This document shows positions 8,771 to 18,175 of a stretch of DNA of 56,707 nucleotides, piece by piece. The DNA is taken from assembly GCA_035510695.1 (NCBI GenBank), contig DATKGO010000062.1:1-56707 (forward strand). Reading direction: 5' to 3'. The translations under genes were made by a program, and so were the position numbers. The notes under the pieces are model-generated. The model searched no databases. It was given only the letters and a program-made list of their open reading frames with translations, and was not told where the DNA came from. This DNA is from Patescibacteria group bacterium. GTDB taxonomy: Bacteria > Patescibacteriota > Microgenomatia > Levybacterales > UBA12049. The stretch's first letter is position 1; each line of letters starts with the position of its first letter.

Positions 8771-8893
8771 ATGGCAAAAAGAAGTACGGGCGTCGGGAAT
8801 AAAAAAAGCAATCATCCACACAAAACCAAGGCAAGGCTGGAAAGAAAGCGTATAATGCTGTCGCTGAAGACCGCTAAACACCACAGAAAATAA
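8771..8893 (+). CDS. candidate 40-aa highly basic small protein
   Basis: MAKRSTGVGNKKSNHPHKTKARLERKRIMLSLKTAKHHRK. TATAAT at 8759-8764 lies exactly 6 nt upstream of the ATG, the same geometry as other genes here. Confidence 0.35.
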   Translation: MAKRSTGVGNKKSNHPHKTKARLERKRIMLSLKTAKHHRK

Positions 8894-9370
8894 TTATTTT
8901 TCCCAAGTATTGAGAGTTTGGCGCATGATGGCGAATTCGCCAATGTGATATGCATTATGGTCGCAGACCAGCAGGAATTCACGAATATAGGTTTGTCCGT
9001 CACCGAAAGGAACCTTAGTTGACAAATTAATTTTTTTATCCATCAGCAGCTTCTCCAATTCTTTTTTGTCCTGCAAATATTGTTCTATGGTTTTATCCCA
9101 TTCTTTTTGAGTTGCTTTGGCCTTCGCTTCCGGCCAATAATCTTTCGGCCATTCCAATTCCTTGTAATTTGGGTTAAGCATGAAATCCAAAATATCATGT
9201 TGGGTTCGCCGGATATGCTCTAAAAGATTCCAGGAAGAATATGTACCGTTGGGGAAGATCGTATTCATTGCTTCTTGCGGAAACTCTTTAACAGCTTCTT
9301 CAAATGACATATGTGCCTGTCCGCCTTTAAGCAGCTGCAAAATACTTTCACGGACTACATTTTCATCCAT
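8894..9370 (-). CDS. DinB family protein
   Basis: 158 aa helical-bundle protein with histidines spaced as in DinB_2 (HIRRTQHD, NAYHIGEF). Confidence 0.7.
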   Translation of the reverse strand: MDENVVRESILQLLKGGQAHMSFEEAVKEFPQEAMNTIFPNGTYSSWNLLEHIRRTQHDILDFMLNPNYKELEWPKDYWPEAKAKATQKEWDKTIEQYLQDKKELEKLLMDKKINLSTKVPFGDGQTYIREFLLVCDHNAYHIGEFAIMRQTLNTWEK

Positions 9371-9450
9371 AATTTATTTTTACTCTCTAATTGTAAGAAT
9401 TGCAACCAAAGGATTGTTAATGTATCTGTTCACACTTCTGACACGATTTT

Positions 9451-9530
9451 GTCATCCCGAACTTGTTTCGGGATCTAAAAAAGCTTGCCCTGAGCTCGTT
9501 TCAGGGATGCTGAATCAAGTTCAGCATGAC
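9451..9530. repeat. GTCAT-hairpin composite (three units)
   Basis: The forward unit is GTCATCCCGAACTTGTTTCGGGATC. On the other strand GTCATGCTGAACTTGATTCAGCATC is fused to the CCCTGAAACGAGCTCAGGG hairpin. Confidence 0.8.
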
Positions 9531-9585
9531 AATTTTATGTTAGGATTGTGAACTATTACTTGTTAATTTGTTATACTTAATATTA

Positions 9586-9960
9586 ATGAAGCGCGGTAAA
9601 AGACATATTGCGAAAAATATTGCCCTGGTAACGATTTGTATCGGGGTCTTTTTTTTGCTCGTCAGTGGGATTTATTTATTTACCGATGTGCGGACGATTC
9701 ACCATTATTATTCCATCAGACATATCAGTAATGTAGATATGATTCAGAACTGGATGACACTGCATTATATTTCTAATTCTTTTGCTGTTCCGGAACAAGT
9801 ATTATTAAACGCTACTCATACGACACTGCAGCAGTCGCATCATCAAAGTTTAAGCAATCTGGCGAAAACACATAACGAATCGGCGCAGCAGCTTATTGCG
9901 ACAATTCGTTCGGTAATTTTGCAATATAAGGCTCAAATATCTGTAACTCCAACTCCATGA
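9586..9960 (+). CDS. hypothetical membrane-anchored protein
   Basis: ATG at 9586 preceded by TATACT/TAATAT. One TM helix. Stop overlaps the next gene start (ATGA at 9957). Confidence 0.5.
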   Translation: MKRGKRHIAKNIALVTICIGVFFLLVSGIYLFTDVRTIHHYYSIRHISNVDMIQNWMTLHYISNSFAVPEQVLLNATHTTLQQSHHQSLSNLAKTHNESAQQLIATIRSVILQYKAQISVTPTP

Positions 9961-10559
9961 ATTTTATTCTCAATCAATTGCTTACATTGGTTCTTGCATA
10001 CGGTTATCCGATTGTCGGGTTGTCGGTGGTCATAAGTTCAATCGGTTTCCCATTTCCCACGCCTATAATTTTGTTGGCAGCGGGCGCTTTAGCGGCATTG
10101 GGAGAACTTAATTTTTATGTTTTATTTTTTATTGTATTATGCTGCAGTGTCTTAGGCGATATTACGGATTACTGGTTGGGAGCGAAATTAGGTTATGCTA
10201 TTTTGCGACGTTTTAATAAACATAAGTCTTCGATGAAATTGTTTGGGAAGGGAAGAAAATATTTTTTTCGTTGGTCGGGAATTACCATTTTTTTAACACG
10301 TTGGCTATTTTCTATAATTGCATCGGTAATTAGTCTACTTGCCGGTACTACGGGATATCCTTTCGGTAAGTTTTTACTTTTTGATATTCCGGGGCAAATT
10401 ATATCCGCATTTGTTTTTTTGGGTTTGGGTTATTTATTTAGTTCCGAATGGCAAAACATTTGGACATACGTGCAAAGTGTATCTTTGTTAATGTCGGGAA
10501 TTCTTGTGGGGACTATTTTAATCATATTTGGTATTAAACAGTATAATCGGAAAAAGTAG
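9957..10559 (+). CDS. DedA/VTT-domain membrane protein (second paralogue)
   Basis: GYPIVGLSVVISSIGFPFPTPIILLAAG and LGDITDYWLG. Confidence 0.65.
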   Translation: MNFILNQLLTLVLAYGYPIVGLSVVISSIGFPFPTPIILLAAGALAALGELNFYVLFFIVLCCSVLGDITDYWLGAKLGYAILRRFNKHKSSMKLFGKGRKYFFRWSGITIFLTRWLFSIIASVISLLAGTTGYPFGKFLLFDIPGQIISAFVFLGLGYLFSSEWQNIWTYVQSVSLLMSGILVGTILIIFGIKQYNRKK

Positions 10560-10607
10560 AGGCAGGAATTATTTCTTTTTTAATTAAAATAACCTATAAT
10601 ACCCTTT

Positions 10608-11474
10608 ATGCTTGAAAGGAAAATTATAGATTTTCGACCTAAATTATCTGTAGTTGAAAAATATAGTGGACCAAATGATATTAAGGATGTTCTTCGGCGG
10701 GCATGCGTGCAAAGGACACATTGGGGAAACGGAGTCCTTTTATATGACTCTTCGGTTCGGTTTGGACCATTGGTAGGGCAGGTAGTAACAGCTGATACTC
10801 CATTAGGAGCCTTACGTTATTCTTTAGGGATGTATGAACCGGATGTAAAAAAAGCCATGCTTAATTTAGCCCAAAACGGCGTTTTGAAAAATGGTAGCGT
10901 AGCCTATGACATCGGTGCCAATATCGGCATTCACACTTTGGCATTAAGCAAACTTGTAGGGAGTGAAGGGCGGGTTGTCAGTTTTGAACCATCTTCGGCT
11001 TCAGATGTATTGGATATTAATTTATCTCAAAATGGAATTACCAATGCCCAGGTAGTTAGGAAAGCGGTTTCAGATAGCGATGGAGATGTGCCATTTTTTT
11101 TGCATGAATACTCGTTTGGCAATCACATCGCGCAAGTAAGCAATGAATTAAAAAAAGCCAAGAAAGTTCCGGAAATTTCCATAGATTCTTTTGTTCAGCA
11201 AGGTTTAGCCAAGCCGCCGGATTTTATGAAAATTGATGTCGAAGGTGCAGAACTGCAGGTAATTCAAGGTGCGCAGAATACTTTGGGTAGATATCATCCC
11301 GCGGTAATTATGGAAGTCAGACCTGAGTATTTTCAGGAAATCGAAAATATTTTCAGACAACGCAGTTATACTTGGAGACTTCTTTCCGGCAGGAACAGTT
11401 TTCCCTACAAAAACGATACACCAAATTATCTTTTCATAAAGCGAGAGATGCGAAGAAATAAAGGAATAGATTGA
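10608..11474 (+). CDS. FkbM family SAM-dependent methyltransferase
   Basis: AYDIGANIGIHTL...VVSFEPS...DFMKIDVEGAELQVIQGA. TATAAT at 10595-10600 lies 7 nt from the ATG. Confidence 0.8.
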   Translation: MLERKIIDFRPKLSVVEKYSGPNDIKDVLRRACVQRTHWGNGVLLYDSSVRFGPLVGQVVTADTPLGALRYSLGMYEPDVKKAMLNLAQNGVLKNGSVAYDIGANIGIHTLALSKLVGSEGRVVSFEPSSASDVLDINLSQNGITNAQVVRKAVSDSDGDVPFFLHEYSFGNHIAQVSNELKKAKKVPEISIDSFVQQGLAKPPDFMKIDVEGAELQVIQGAQNTLGRYHPAVIMEVRPEYFQEIENIFRQRSYTWRLLSGRNSFPYKNDTPNYLFIKREMRRNKGID

Positions 11475-11541
11475 ATTCTTGGGTTGTTTCTGGCGGATTA
11501 GCTTGAATATCTTGTGGGGAAATGTATAATTTTAGCCGAAT

Positions 11542-11829
11542 ATGACTATAGAATATATTCCAGAAGGGATACCTGATTTACCACCGGATATATTAAAAAA
11601 ATTGACCGGGAGCAATGAATATTACGGCGAAGGAGAAAGACAAGTTTCCACTGAAGAAGGGAAATTGAGTGACTTAATAGAGAAGGCTAAAAAATACCAA
11701 ACGAAAAATCCGGCTTATGACGTAATAGTATTGAGTGATACACGTCCTCTTCCTTCGTACGAACCAGATGCAATTGGAGAAGGAATTATAGTTTTTGATA
11801 GGAAAAAAAGAGAACAAAATCGACTTTGA
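11542..11829 (+). CDS. hypothetical protein
   Basis: 95-aa ORF with TATAAT at 11525-11530 upstream. No recognisable motif. Confidence 0.45.
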   Translation: MTIEYIPEGIPDLPPDILKKLTGSNEYYGEGERQVSTEEGKLSDLIEKAKKYQTKNPAYDVIVLSDTRPLPSYEPDAIGEGIIVFDRKKREQNRL

Positions 11830-11831
11830 AA

Positions 11832-12623
11832 TTAGTACCAATGATGATAAGGATTAATCCAAAAAGCCCAAGCTGCTTGAGGATTGCCATAACGATCTCG
11901 TATATATCGTAATTCTTCGTTAGTTTGCTTGTATAAACTATAATTATCGTTTAGCAGAGGTTTATATGATAATAGTTGTCCGATGCCAAAGGCTCCCGAT
12001 GGATTTTCCGCACAAAGTTCCCAACTGGATTCATGCTCGTCTATGAGATCTACATATTGAGATTGATTTGGTCCAAATTTTTTCAATGTTTGCTCGTCTA
12101 CATATGCTTGAATTTGCTGCTGAGTAGGCATTTTATATTTCCCCGGATTATTACAAACATCTTCGTATATATATTCATCTGGTGAATGATAGTTTTGAAA
12201 TATATCTGGAGAGATGTGCAATGCTTGAGGGCGGTGGTGTTTTTTATGTTTTTTATTTTCAAAAATAATTTGCGGTCGTGCTTTGTCTGCTGCAGGATAA
12301 GGATGTTGCTCCGGACGTTGTAGGAGCTGCGTGGAATGAGAAGGATTGGCGGATCTTTGAACGTGCTGAACATCGTCTGTGAAGGCATGTGCTGTAGGTA
12401 CGAAAAGTGACGATAAGAGGACACCGGTTTGAGTAATTCGTTTGGTTTTATCCTTAAGTGCACTTAATAACGTTTTACCTTCGTATCTTTGGTCATTTTC
12501 TGTAGGTTGTGGTTTTGGTTTAAATTTTTCGAGCATAATCTCCCCATCCTTTTTGTAAGGAAAAGATAATCGTTTGAATAAGGCCTGATTATAGACATAT
12601 AATTTGGATAAATTTATCCTCAA
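11832..12623 (-). CDS. secreted protein with C-terminal lytic-transglycosylase (SLT)-like domain
   Basis: HESSWELCAENPSGAFGIGQL resembles the SLT catalytic E-S...GxxQ signature. Confidence 0.5.
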   Translation of the reverse strand: MRINLSKLYVYNQALFKRLSFPYKKDGEIMLEKFKPKPQPTENDQRYEGKTLLSALKDKTKRITQTGVLLSSLFVPTAHAFTDDVQHVQRSANPSHSTQLLQRPEQHPYPAADKARPQIIFENKKHKKHHRPQALHISPDIFQNYHSPDEYIYEDVCNNPGKYKMPTQQQIQAYVDEQTLKKFGPNQSQYVDLIDEHESSWELCAENPSGAFGIGQLLSYKPLLNDNYSLYKQTNEELRYIRDRYGNPQAAWAFWINPYHHWY

Positions 12624-12738
12624 AAAGCACTATAAATCTTGTGCATTATATTAGTTCTTTAATATTTGTGTCAAGCTAAAGTGTAAAGTTATTTTTTAAA
12701 AGTGGCGGCGAATGGTCATAGGGAAACGAAGATATAGT

Positions 12739-14034
12739 TTAACTTTTGGAATGTATTCTTTGTAAGGCGCTCATATACGCGGCCAGACGAAGCGGAACAT
12801 TATATTTTTCATGCAGTTGGTAAACTTCATTCGTGGCTTCTTCCATTTTCTTTTTCAGTTTTTCCAATACTTCTTCTTTAGTCCATTTTTCATCATGCAT
12901 ATTTTGGTACCATTCGAAATAACTTGTCGCAACGCCGCCCGAATTGGCGAGAATATCAGGGATAACCAGAATATTTTTTTGGTTTAAGATTTTGTCGGCC
13001 TCTCCGGTGGTTGGGCCATTGGCCATTTCCAGAATAATTTTGGCTTTAATTTTATCGACATTATCTTTATTGATCACATTCTCCAAAGCGGCCGGAACGA
13101 TGATATCTACCGGAAGAGTTAAAATTTCATTTGGTGTAATATCTTGTCCGCCGACTTTTTCTCTATTTCTGATATCGCAGACATCGCCGATGCAGTAGCA
13201 GCCTGCCAAAAAGCCTTTTTTCGCTTTGCATTTGGCAATATTATTAATATCTGGTAGATCGGTAGGGATATAAATACCGGCTTTGGAATCGGAAAGAGCT
13301 ACGACTTTAAAGCCTTCTTTTTGGAGTAATTCTGCTGCGTATTGTCCGACATTTCCAAATCCTTGTACCGCAACGCTGAAATCCGACGGCTTTTTACCTA
13401 AATGTTTTAAGATTGTTAGAAGTGTATATGTTCCGCCGTATCCGGTTGCCTCAGTGCGTCCAAGAGAGCCGCCAATCTCCAAGGGTTTTCCCGTCACCAC
13501 AGCTTTTAGTTGACTATCTTTGATTTTGGACTTTGGGTTTTGAAGTTTGAAGTTTTTACTGTATTCATCTACAATCCAAGCCATAATTTTGGGATTAGTA
13601 TTCACGTCCGGAGCGGGAACATCTATGGTTGGTCCGATATGAGGAGTCAAATGTCTGGTAAATTCGCGGGTCAATTCTTCCAGTTCCGTTTCACTTAAAG
13701 TTTTCGGATCAACCTCAATTCCGCCTTTACCGCCGCCGAAAGGGATGTTAACCACAGCGTTTTTTAAAGTCATGAGAAAAGATAAAGCTTTAACTTCGTC
13801 CAGCGAAACATTCGGATGATAGCGCAGACCCCCTTTGTACGGGCCGAGTGTGTTATCATGCTGCAGCCTGTAGCCTTTGACAGTTTCTATTTTTCCGTTA
13901 TCTCTTTTGAGTTTAAGATCAAACTGTAAAATATTATTGTGCGTTAATAATTTATCGACCAGTTTTTGGGGAAGTTTTATTTTTTGGGCTGCCAATTTTA
14001 ATTCATCTTGTGAACGTGTAAAAAAGTCATTCAT
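12739..14034 (-). CDS. gdhA: NAD(P)-dependent glutamate dehydrogenase
   Basis: GGLRYHPNVSLDEVKALSFLMTLKNAVVNIPFGGGKGGI and the dinucleotide fold VQGFGNVG. Confidence 0.9.
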   Translation of the reverse strand: MNDFFTRSQDELKLAAQKIKLPQKLVDKLLTHNNILQFDLKLKRDNGKIETVKGYRLQHDNTLGPYKGGLRYHPNVSLDEVKALSFLMTLKNAVVNIPFGGGKGGIEVDPKTLSETELEELTREFTRHLTPHIGPTIDVPAPDVNTNPKIMAWIVDEYSKNFKLQNPKSKIKDSQLKAVVTGKPLEIGGSLGRTEATGYGGTYTLLTILKHLGKKPSDFSVAVQGFGNVGQYAAELLQKEGFKVVALSDSKAGIYIPTDLPDINNIAKCKAKKGFLAGCYCIGDVCDIRNREKVGGQDITPNEILTLPVDIIVPAALENVINKDNVDKIKAKIILEMANGPTTGEADKILNQKNILVIPDILANSGGVATSYFEWYQNMHDEKWTKEEVLEKLKKKMEEATNEVYQLHEKYNVPLRLAAYMSALQRIHSKS

Positions 14035-14136
14035 AAATTATTCTTCAACAATTTAAAATTATATATCTGATGTGATTGATTTGTACAGGGGTAATCACGT
14101 TATAAAGTTTGTAAAATATTCACATAAGATTTTTCA

Positions 14137-14994
14137 ATGTTAATGCAGAGAAAAATAATTTATAATAGAGAGATGAATAGAATACTGTGGGGAGTTTTTT
14201 TTATTAACATTCTGGTCATAAGCCTCTATATATTTGCTAGTTTTCTAGGATTAAATCTTAATATAAGTAATATTCTCAAATTATTATTTTTAATTCTGCC
14301 GATTATTTTATTGTTTCTTCATTCAATGTATTCCTTAGGTAAAATTCGCGGTTTAGTCTTCATTGTTTTAGCATCTTTAACCGGTTTAGGATCCGAAATA
14401 TGGGCATTAAAAACAGGAACCATTTTTGGTGGACACTATATTTATCAACCAAGCGGCTTAATGATTTTTAATGTTCCGTTAATAGTGATTTTCTTTTGGG
14501 GAGTCTTTATTTACACAGGCTACTGTATTACCAACTCCTTTTTATATTGGTTAAATAAAACTAAACCAAACCGTAAAAAAAATAATATTTTGTTTTTACC
14601 CTTATTAGTTTTATTTGATGGACTTTTTGTAGTCGCTATAGATTTATTTATGGATCCCATTGAGGTTAAAGCCGGCGCTTGGCACTGGCTGGGAGGAGGA
14701 GCATATTTTGGTATTCCCATTGGTAATTTTATTGGTTGGTTTTTAGTCACAATTTTGGTCACGGGGATATATCGTTTATTTGAATATTATTTTTTCGGAG
14801 AGCAGCATAAGATTGATAAAAAAATATTCCTTATACCGGTAATTGGTTATACTGCAATTTGTGTATCACTTACTGTTTCGGCTCTTAATTTACAATTATT
14901 ATCACTGGCTGTAATCGGTTTATTGCTAATGCCGCCAACAATAATTGCTAATTTATTTTTATTTAATAACTGGAATAGTAAGATTAAATCATAG
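14137..14994 (+). CDS. polytopic membrane protein (possibly DUF422/carotenoid-biosynthesis-protein-like)
   Basis: About 8 hydrophobic helices. MDPIEVKAGAWHW is weakly reminiscent of DUF422. Confidence 0.35.
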   Translation: MLMQRKIIYNREMNRILWGVFFINILVISLYIFASFLGLNLNISNILKLLFLILPIILLFLHSMYSLGKIRGLVFIVLASLTGLGSEIWALKTGTIFGGHYIYQPSGLMIFNVPLIVIFFWGVFIYTGYCITNSFLYWLNKTKPNRKKNNILFLPLLVLFDGLFVVAIDLFMDPIEVKAGAWHWLGGGAYFGIPIGNFIGWFLVTILVTGIYRLFEYYFFGEQHKIDKKIFLIPVIGYTAICVSLTVSALNLQLLSLAVIGLLLMPPTIIANLFLFNNWNSKIKS

Positions 14995-15043
14995 TCTTGC
15001 AGGAGAAGGTGAGGCAGTCAGTTAAATTAAATTATTGAGGTAA

Positions 15044-16054
15044 TTACTTACTAAAAGGTTGTGCATCGCCCCAGTCGGTCTCAAATGTTGATTCCAGCGT
15101 TTGCAAGCTGTCCGGCTGAGTGAGTATAATGCCTACTTCGCGATTTTGATCCATGCTTTGAGTGGAAAAATTTATTGATCCTACATACGCTTTTGAGTCA
15201 TCTTCCAAGATCATTTTCGCATGCATATAGGGAGAAGAAATTGTTTTTACGTCTACACCGCCGGTAGCCAGTCTTTTTAGTGCTTCATTGTTTGAAGAGA
15301 CTTGTGAAAGAGTCGGAACCAGTAGCCTGACTTGAACGGTTTTGGTTTTTTGAATTAAAGAATTAATAAAGTTGTCATCATCGATATCTTCGGTTTCCGC
15401 GTCGATAGTTGTAGTGGCAGAAGTGATAAGAGTAGTTAACGCGGATCGGGAATTATCAGGACTTTCGATGATGTTTGAGTTTGCCGGCGGAGAGAATGAG
15501 GTTCGCTTCCAGTCGTCGAAAAATATCATTTGGATCTCCGCGACGTCTAATGGATTAGTGTCGAGAACATCATACTCACGGTTTTTTGTAAACGCCGAAG
15601 CAGTAAGATTTTGGCTTAAAATTAAGGCTTCCGAGGCATCAATGATAATCGTTTTTTCATGGGTTAAAGCAAATGCCGGGTCACTCCATTCGGTTTCTAC
15701 GCCCTTTGCATCAAGTTCCTGTTTCGATTTCGTATTCAAGCTTGCCGAATCAAATGGGTGCTGCTCAAGTATTACTTTAACATCCAATCCTCGTGCCCGG
15801 GCATCTTCCAAGGCAGCAATAATTTGTTTGTCTGAAAGTAAATACATTTCGACAGATATTTCTTTTTGTGCCGATTTAATTGCGTCAAGCAAAGGTTGTC
15901 GGCCACTATTTGGTTGAGTATATAAAGTGATATTGGCATCCGCCCCAAGAACGTTTAGTGTTTTTGGGTGAGAGGGTATATGCGCAATGAAAAACCATAC
16001 ATATACAATGGCGAGGGGGATCAACGTTGTAAGACATTTTTTCCAAGAAGACAC
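15044..16054 (-). CDS. phospholipase D / cardiolipin-synthase-like protein
   Basis: Two HKD motifs (HEKTIIID and HAKMILED, each followed by GS.N). N-terminal TM anchor. Confidence 0.8.
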   Translation of the reverse strand: MSSWKKCLTTLIPLAIVYVWFFIAHIPSHPKTLNVLGADANITLYTQPNSGRQPLLDAIKSAQKEISVEMYLLSDKQIIAALEDARARGLDVKVILEQHPFDSASLNTKSKQELDAKGVETEWSDPAFALTHEKTIIIDASEALILSQNLTASAFTKNREYDVLDTNPLDVAEIQMIFFDDWKRTSFSPPANSNIIESPDNSRSALTTLITSATTTIDAETEDIDDDNFINSLIQKTKTVQVRLLVPTLSQVSSNNEALKRLATGGVDVKTISSPYMHAKMILEDDSKAYVGSINFSTQSMDQNREVGIILTQPDSLQTLESTFETDWGDAQPFSK

Positions 16055-16151
16055 AGTTTCATTATAGAAAAGAAAACCAATTTTTCCAAGTTGTTCAGAT
16101 TCCTGAATTTTGCAAAATTACTGATAAGTAAGCTACAATTCCTCTATTCTC

Positions 16152-16658
16152 ATGGAAAACACGAATAATTCTGTGTTAGATCGCATGTTAGCAATGGGAG
16201 AAAGACTGCCGTTTTTTCTTCTTTTGCTAATTGCCGGATTTTTTTTGTTTAGAGAGAATTCGCAGCAGGTACTTTCGGCGAAAACAACGTCTTTAAAACC
16301 GGTAGATGAAAAAATAGTTATACCGACATACCCTCCCACGCCTACGCCGACTGAGACACCGACTCCTACCGATACGCCGACGCCAACTTGCACTCCAACA
16401 CCAACGGTTGATCCGACTAATGATGCGATTTGGGATAGTATCGCATATTGCGAAACACACGATAATTGGGGTGATGATACCGGAAACGGATATTATGGTG
16501 GTTTACAGTTTTCGCAAACTGCTTGGAATTCTGTGGGCGGCAGCGGGAATCCGGCTCAGGCATCACGAACCGAACAAATCGCGAGAGGGAAATTGCTTCA
16601 AAATCAGCGAGGCTGGGGACCCTGGAATGTCTGCGCGAAGAAGTTGGGATTGGATTAG
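16152..16658 (+). CDS. Rpf-like (resuscitation-promoting-factor type) transglycosylase with PT-rich linker
   Basis: WDSIAYCETHDNWGDDTGNGYYGGLQFSQTAWNSVGG...GWGPWNVCAKKLGL. TM anchor plus a (TPTP)n linker. Confidence 0.8.
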   Translation: MENTNNSVLDRMLAMGERLPFFLLLLIAGFFLFRENSQQVLSAKTTSLKPVDEKIVIPTYPPTPTPTETPTPTDTPTPTCTPTPTVDPTNDAIWDSIAYCETHDNWGDDTGNGYYGGLQFSQTAWNSVGGSGNPAQASRTEQIARGKLLQNQRGWGPWNVCAKKLGLD

Positions 16659-16671
16659 GTAAGTTAAGAAA

Positions 16672-18024
16672 TTAGGAACTCGGAACAGGAGTTAATGTAG
16701 GTGTATCAGACTGTGTTGGCGCGGTAGTAGGAGTATCGGTGGGGTTGGCAGTTGGCGTGGGAGTCGGTGTTGAACTTGAAGAATTTGATGAGCCGCTGAA
16801 AGTGACACTCGGATTATTATTATTCGTATCGGTAACTCCAAAATTACTCGTAGTATCCTGAACTGTAAAAGTATCTGTCCCGGCATTTTGCGAATTAATA
16901 CTAAATGTCGCTTGTCCATTTTGAGCTTGAATATTTACCGGCGAAGAAGAGCCATTGATGGTAAAGCTTGAGTCATTGGAAGTTTGAGTGATGGTAAGAT
17001 TTTCGCTGGAAGACACATTGTTTTTATTACAATCACGAATATCCACAGTAAACGTGACCGCTGAACCTGTGTTGGATGTAGCAGGAGATGCAGGATAAAC
17101 GTCTGAATAATAGGAATTGGCTGTGCCCGAACCTGTGGAGCAACTAGAATTTCCCGAGCTGCTGTTACTTGTGCCGCTAAAGGCTATACTCGGATTATTA
17201 TTATTAATATCGGTTACGGTAAATGATTTGGTTGTATCCTCCACTTTAAGTGTAACCGTTCCGCTGGCTTGGGATGTAACAGAAAAGCTGGCCTGACCGT
17301 TTGAAGTAGTAATGTTGTAGGGAAGATTATTTCCATTGATTTGTGTATTGGAATCACCCGAACTTAGAGAAATAGTTAAATTATCACTTACCGGCGCCGT
17401 ATTTTCATTACAGTCACGCAGTGTAACAGTTAAAGTTACCGAACCGTTACTCGCATTAATCGGAGGATTGGGATAAACATCGGAATACCAGGAATTGGCT
17501 ACGCCCGAGGCGGTAGTACAATTAGAGTTTCCCGAATTGTTGCTGGAAGTGTTGTCAGTATCTGTAACGGTTGTGTCAATGGTGGGTAGAGGAGCGTTTG
17601 TGGGTAAGGGAACAAGAGTCGGGACAGAGCTGGAATCGTCATATGAGTTGTTGTCGTCGGAACTTGAATTATCCGAAGTTCCCAAAACGTCAGTATCTGT
17701 AGGCGAAGGAAGTGTAATAGTTGGCTCCGAATTATCAGACGATGTGGAATTATACATGTCATCTCCGGAATTTTTAGAAGGTGATTTCATTTGAGACAGC
17801 GCATAACCTCTATACCACATGGCTAGGGTAATAAAAGCCACGAAAGAAATAAAGATTATTACTAAAATTTTATATTTAGTAACAAATGAAGTAAATTTTC
17901 TTAGCTGTTCTGAATTTAGATTGGGAATACGAGATTTTATCTGAGAAAGATGGGTTGAATCGAGGAGATTTGGAAGCTTGGGGAGTTTGGGTAATTTGAA
18001 ATTTTCCGGTAGTTTTAGTTTCAT
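16672..18024 (-). CDS. membrane-anchored surface protein with two tandem ~125-aa Ig-like repeats
   Basis: The first repeat reads C.T.SG.ANS.YSDVYP...T.T..RDCN.N...S.NLTI...F.V.D.T..F.VTD.NNNNPS..FSG.SNSS and is followed by a second copy. S/T/N-rich, with a PT-rich C-terminus. Confidence 0.7.
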   Translation of the reverse strand: MKLKLPENFKLPKLPKLPNLLDSTHLSQIKSRIPNLNSEQLRKFTSFVTKYKILVIIFISFVAFITLAMWYRGYALSQMKSPSKNSGDDMYNSTSSDNSEPTITLPSPTDTDVLGTSDNSSSDDNNSYDDSSSVPTLVPLPTNAPLPTIDTTVTDTDNTSSNNSGNSNCTTASGVANSWYSDVYPNPPINASNGSVTLTVTLRDCNENTAPVSDNLTISLSSGDSNTQINGNNLPYNITTSNGQASFSVTSQASGTVTLKVEDTTKSFTVTDINNNNPSIAFSGTSNSSSGNSSCSTGSGTANSYYSDVYPASPATSNTGSAVTFTVDIRDCNKNNVSSSENLTITQTSNDSSFTINGSSSPVNIQAQNGQATFSINSQNAGTDTFTVQDTTSNFGVTDTNNNNPSVTFSGSSNSSSSTPTPTPTANPTDTPTTAPTQSDTPTLTPVPSS

Positions 18025-18175
18025 GGTAAAATTATAGCACTAATAATTAAGAGAAAACTGAAAGGGAACAAAATTGTTATATTGTTGAATTGTTTTTTTG
18101 AGAGTTAGGAGCTGGGAGTTTTGGTTTTGAATGTGAATAATATTTTTTGCTAAAAATTATGCTACAATAATTTTA

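Noticed and set aside
9180-9551. 123-aa plus-strand ORF containing the peptides HPELVSGSKKACPELVSGMLNQVQHD
   Set aside because: Its first two thirds are antisense to the well-supported DinB gene. Its tail is simply a translation of the GTCAT-hairpin composite at 9451-9530. No start context is present.
15372-15917. 181-aa plus-strand ORF
   Set aside because: It is entirely antisense to the PLD-like gene, which has two clean HKD motifs. The S-rich, low-complexity translation is typical of antisense frames.
16133-16393. Minus-strand ORF beginning MQVGVGVSVGVGVSVGVGVGG
   Set aside because: It is the antisense reading of the PT-linker codons of the Rpf-like gene and is a low-complexity artefact. 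The ORFs at 17495-17794, 17499-17762 and 37158-37412 are rejected for the same reason.
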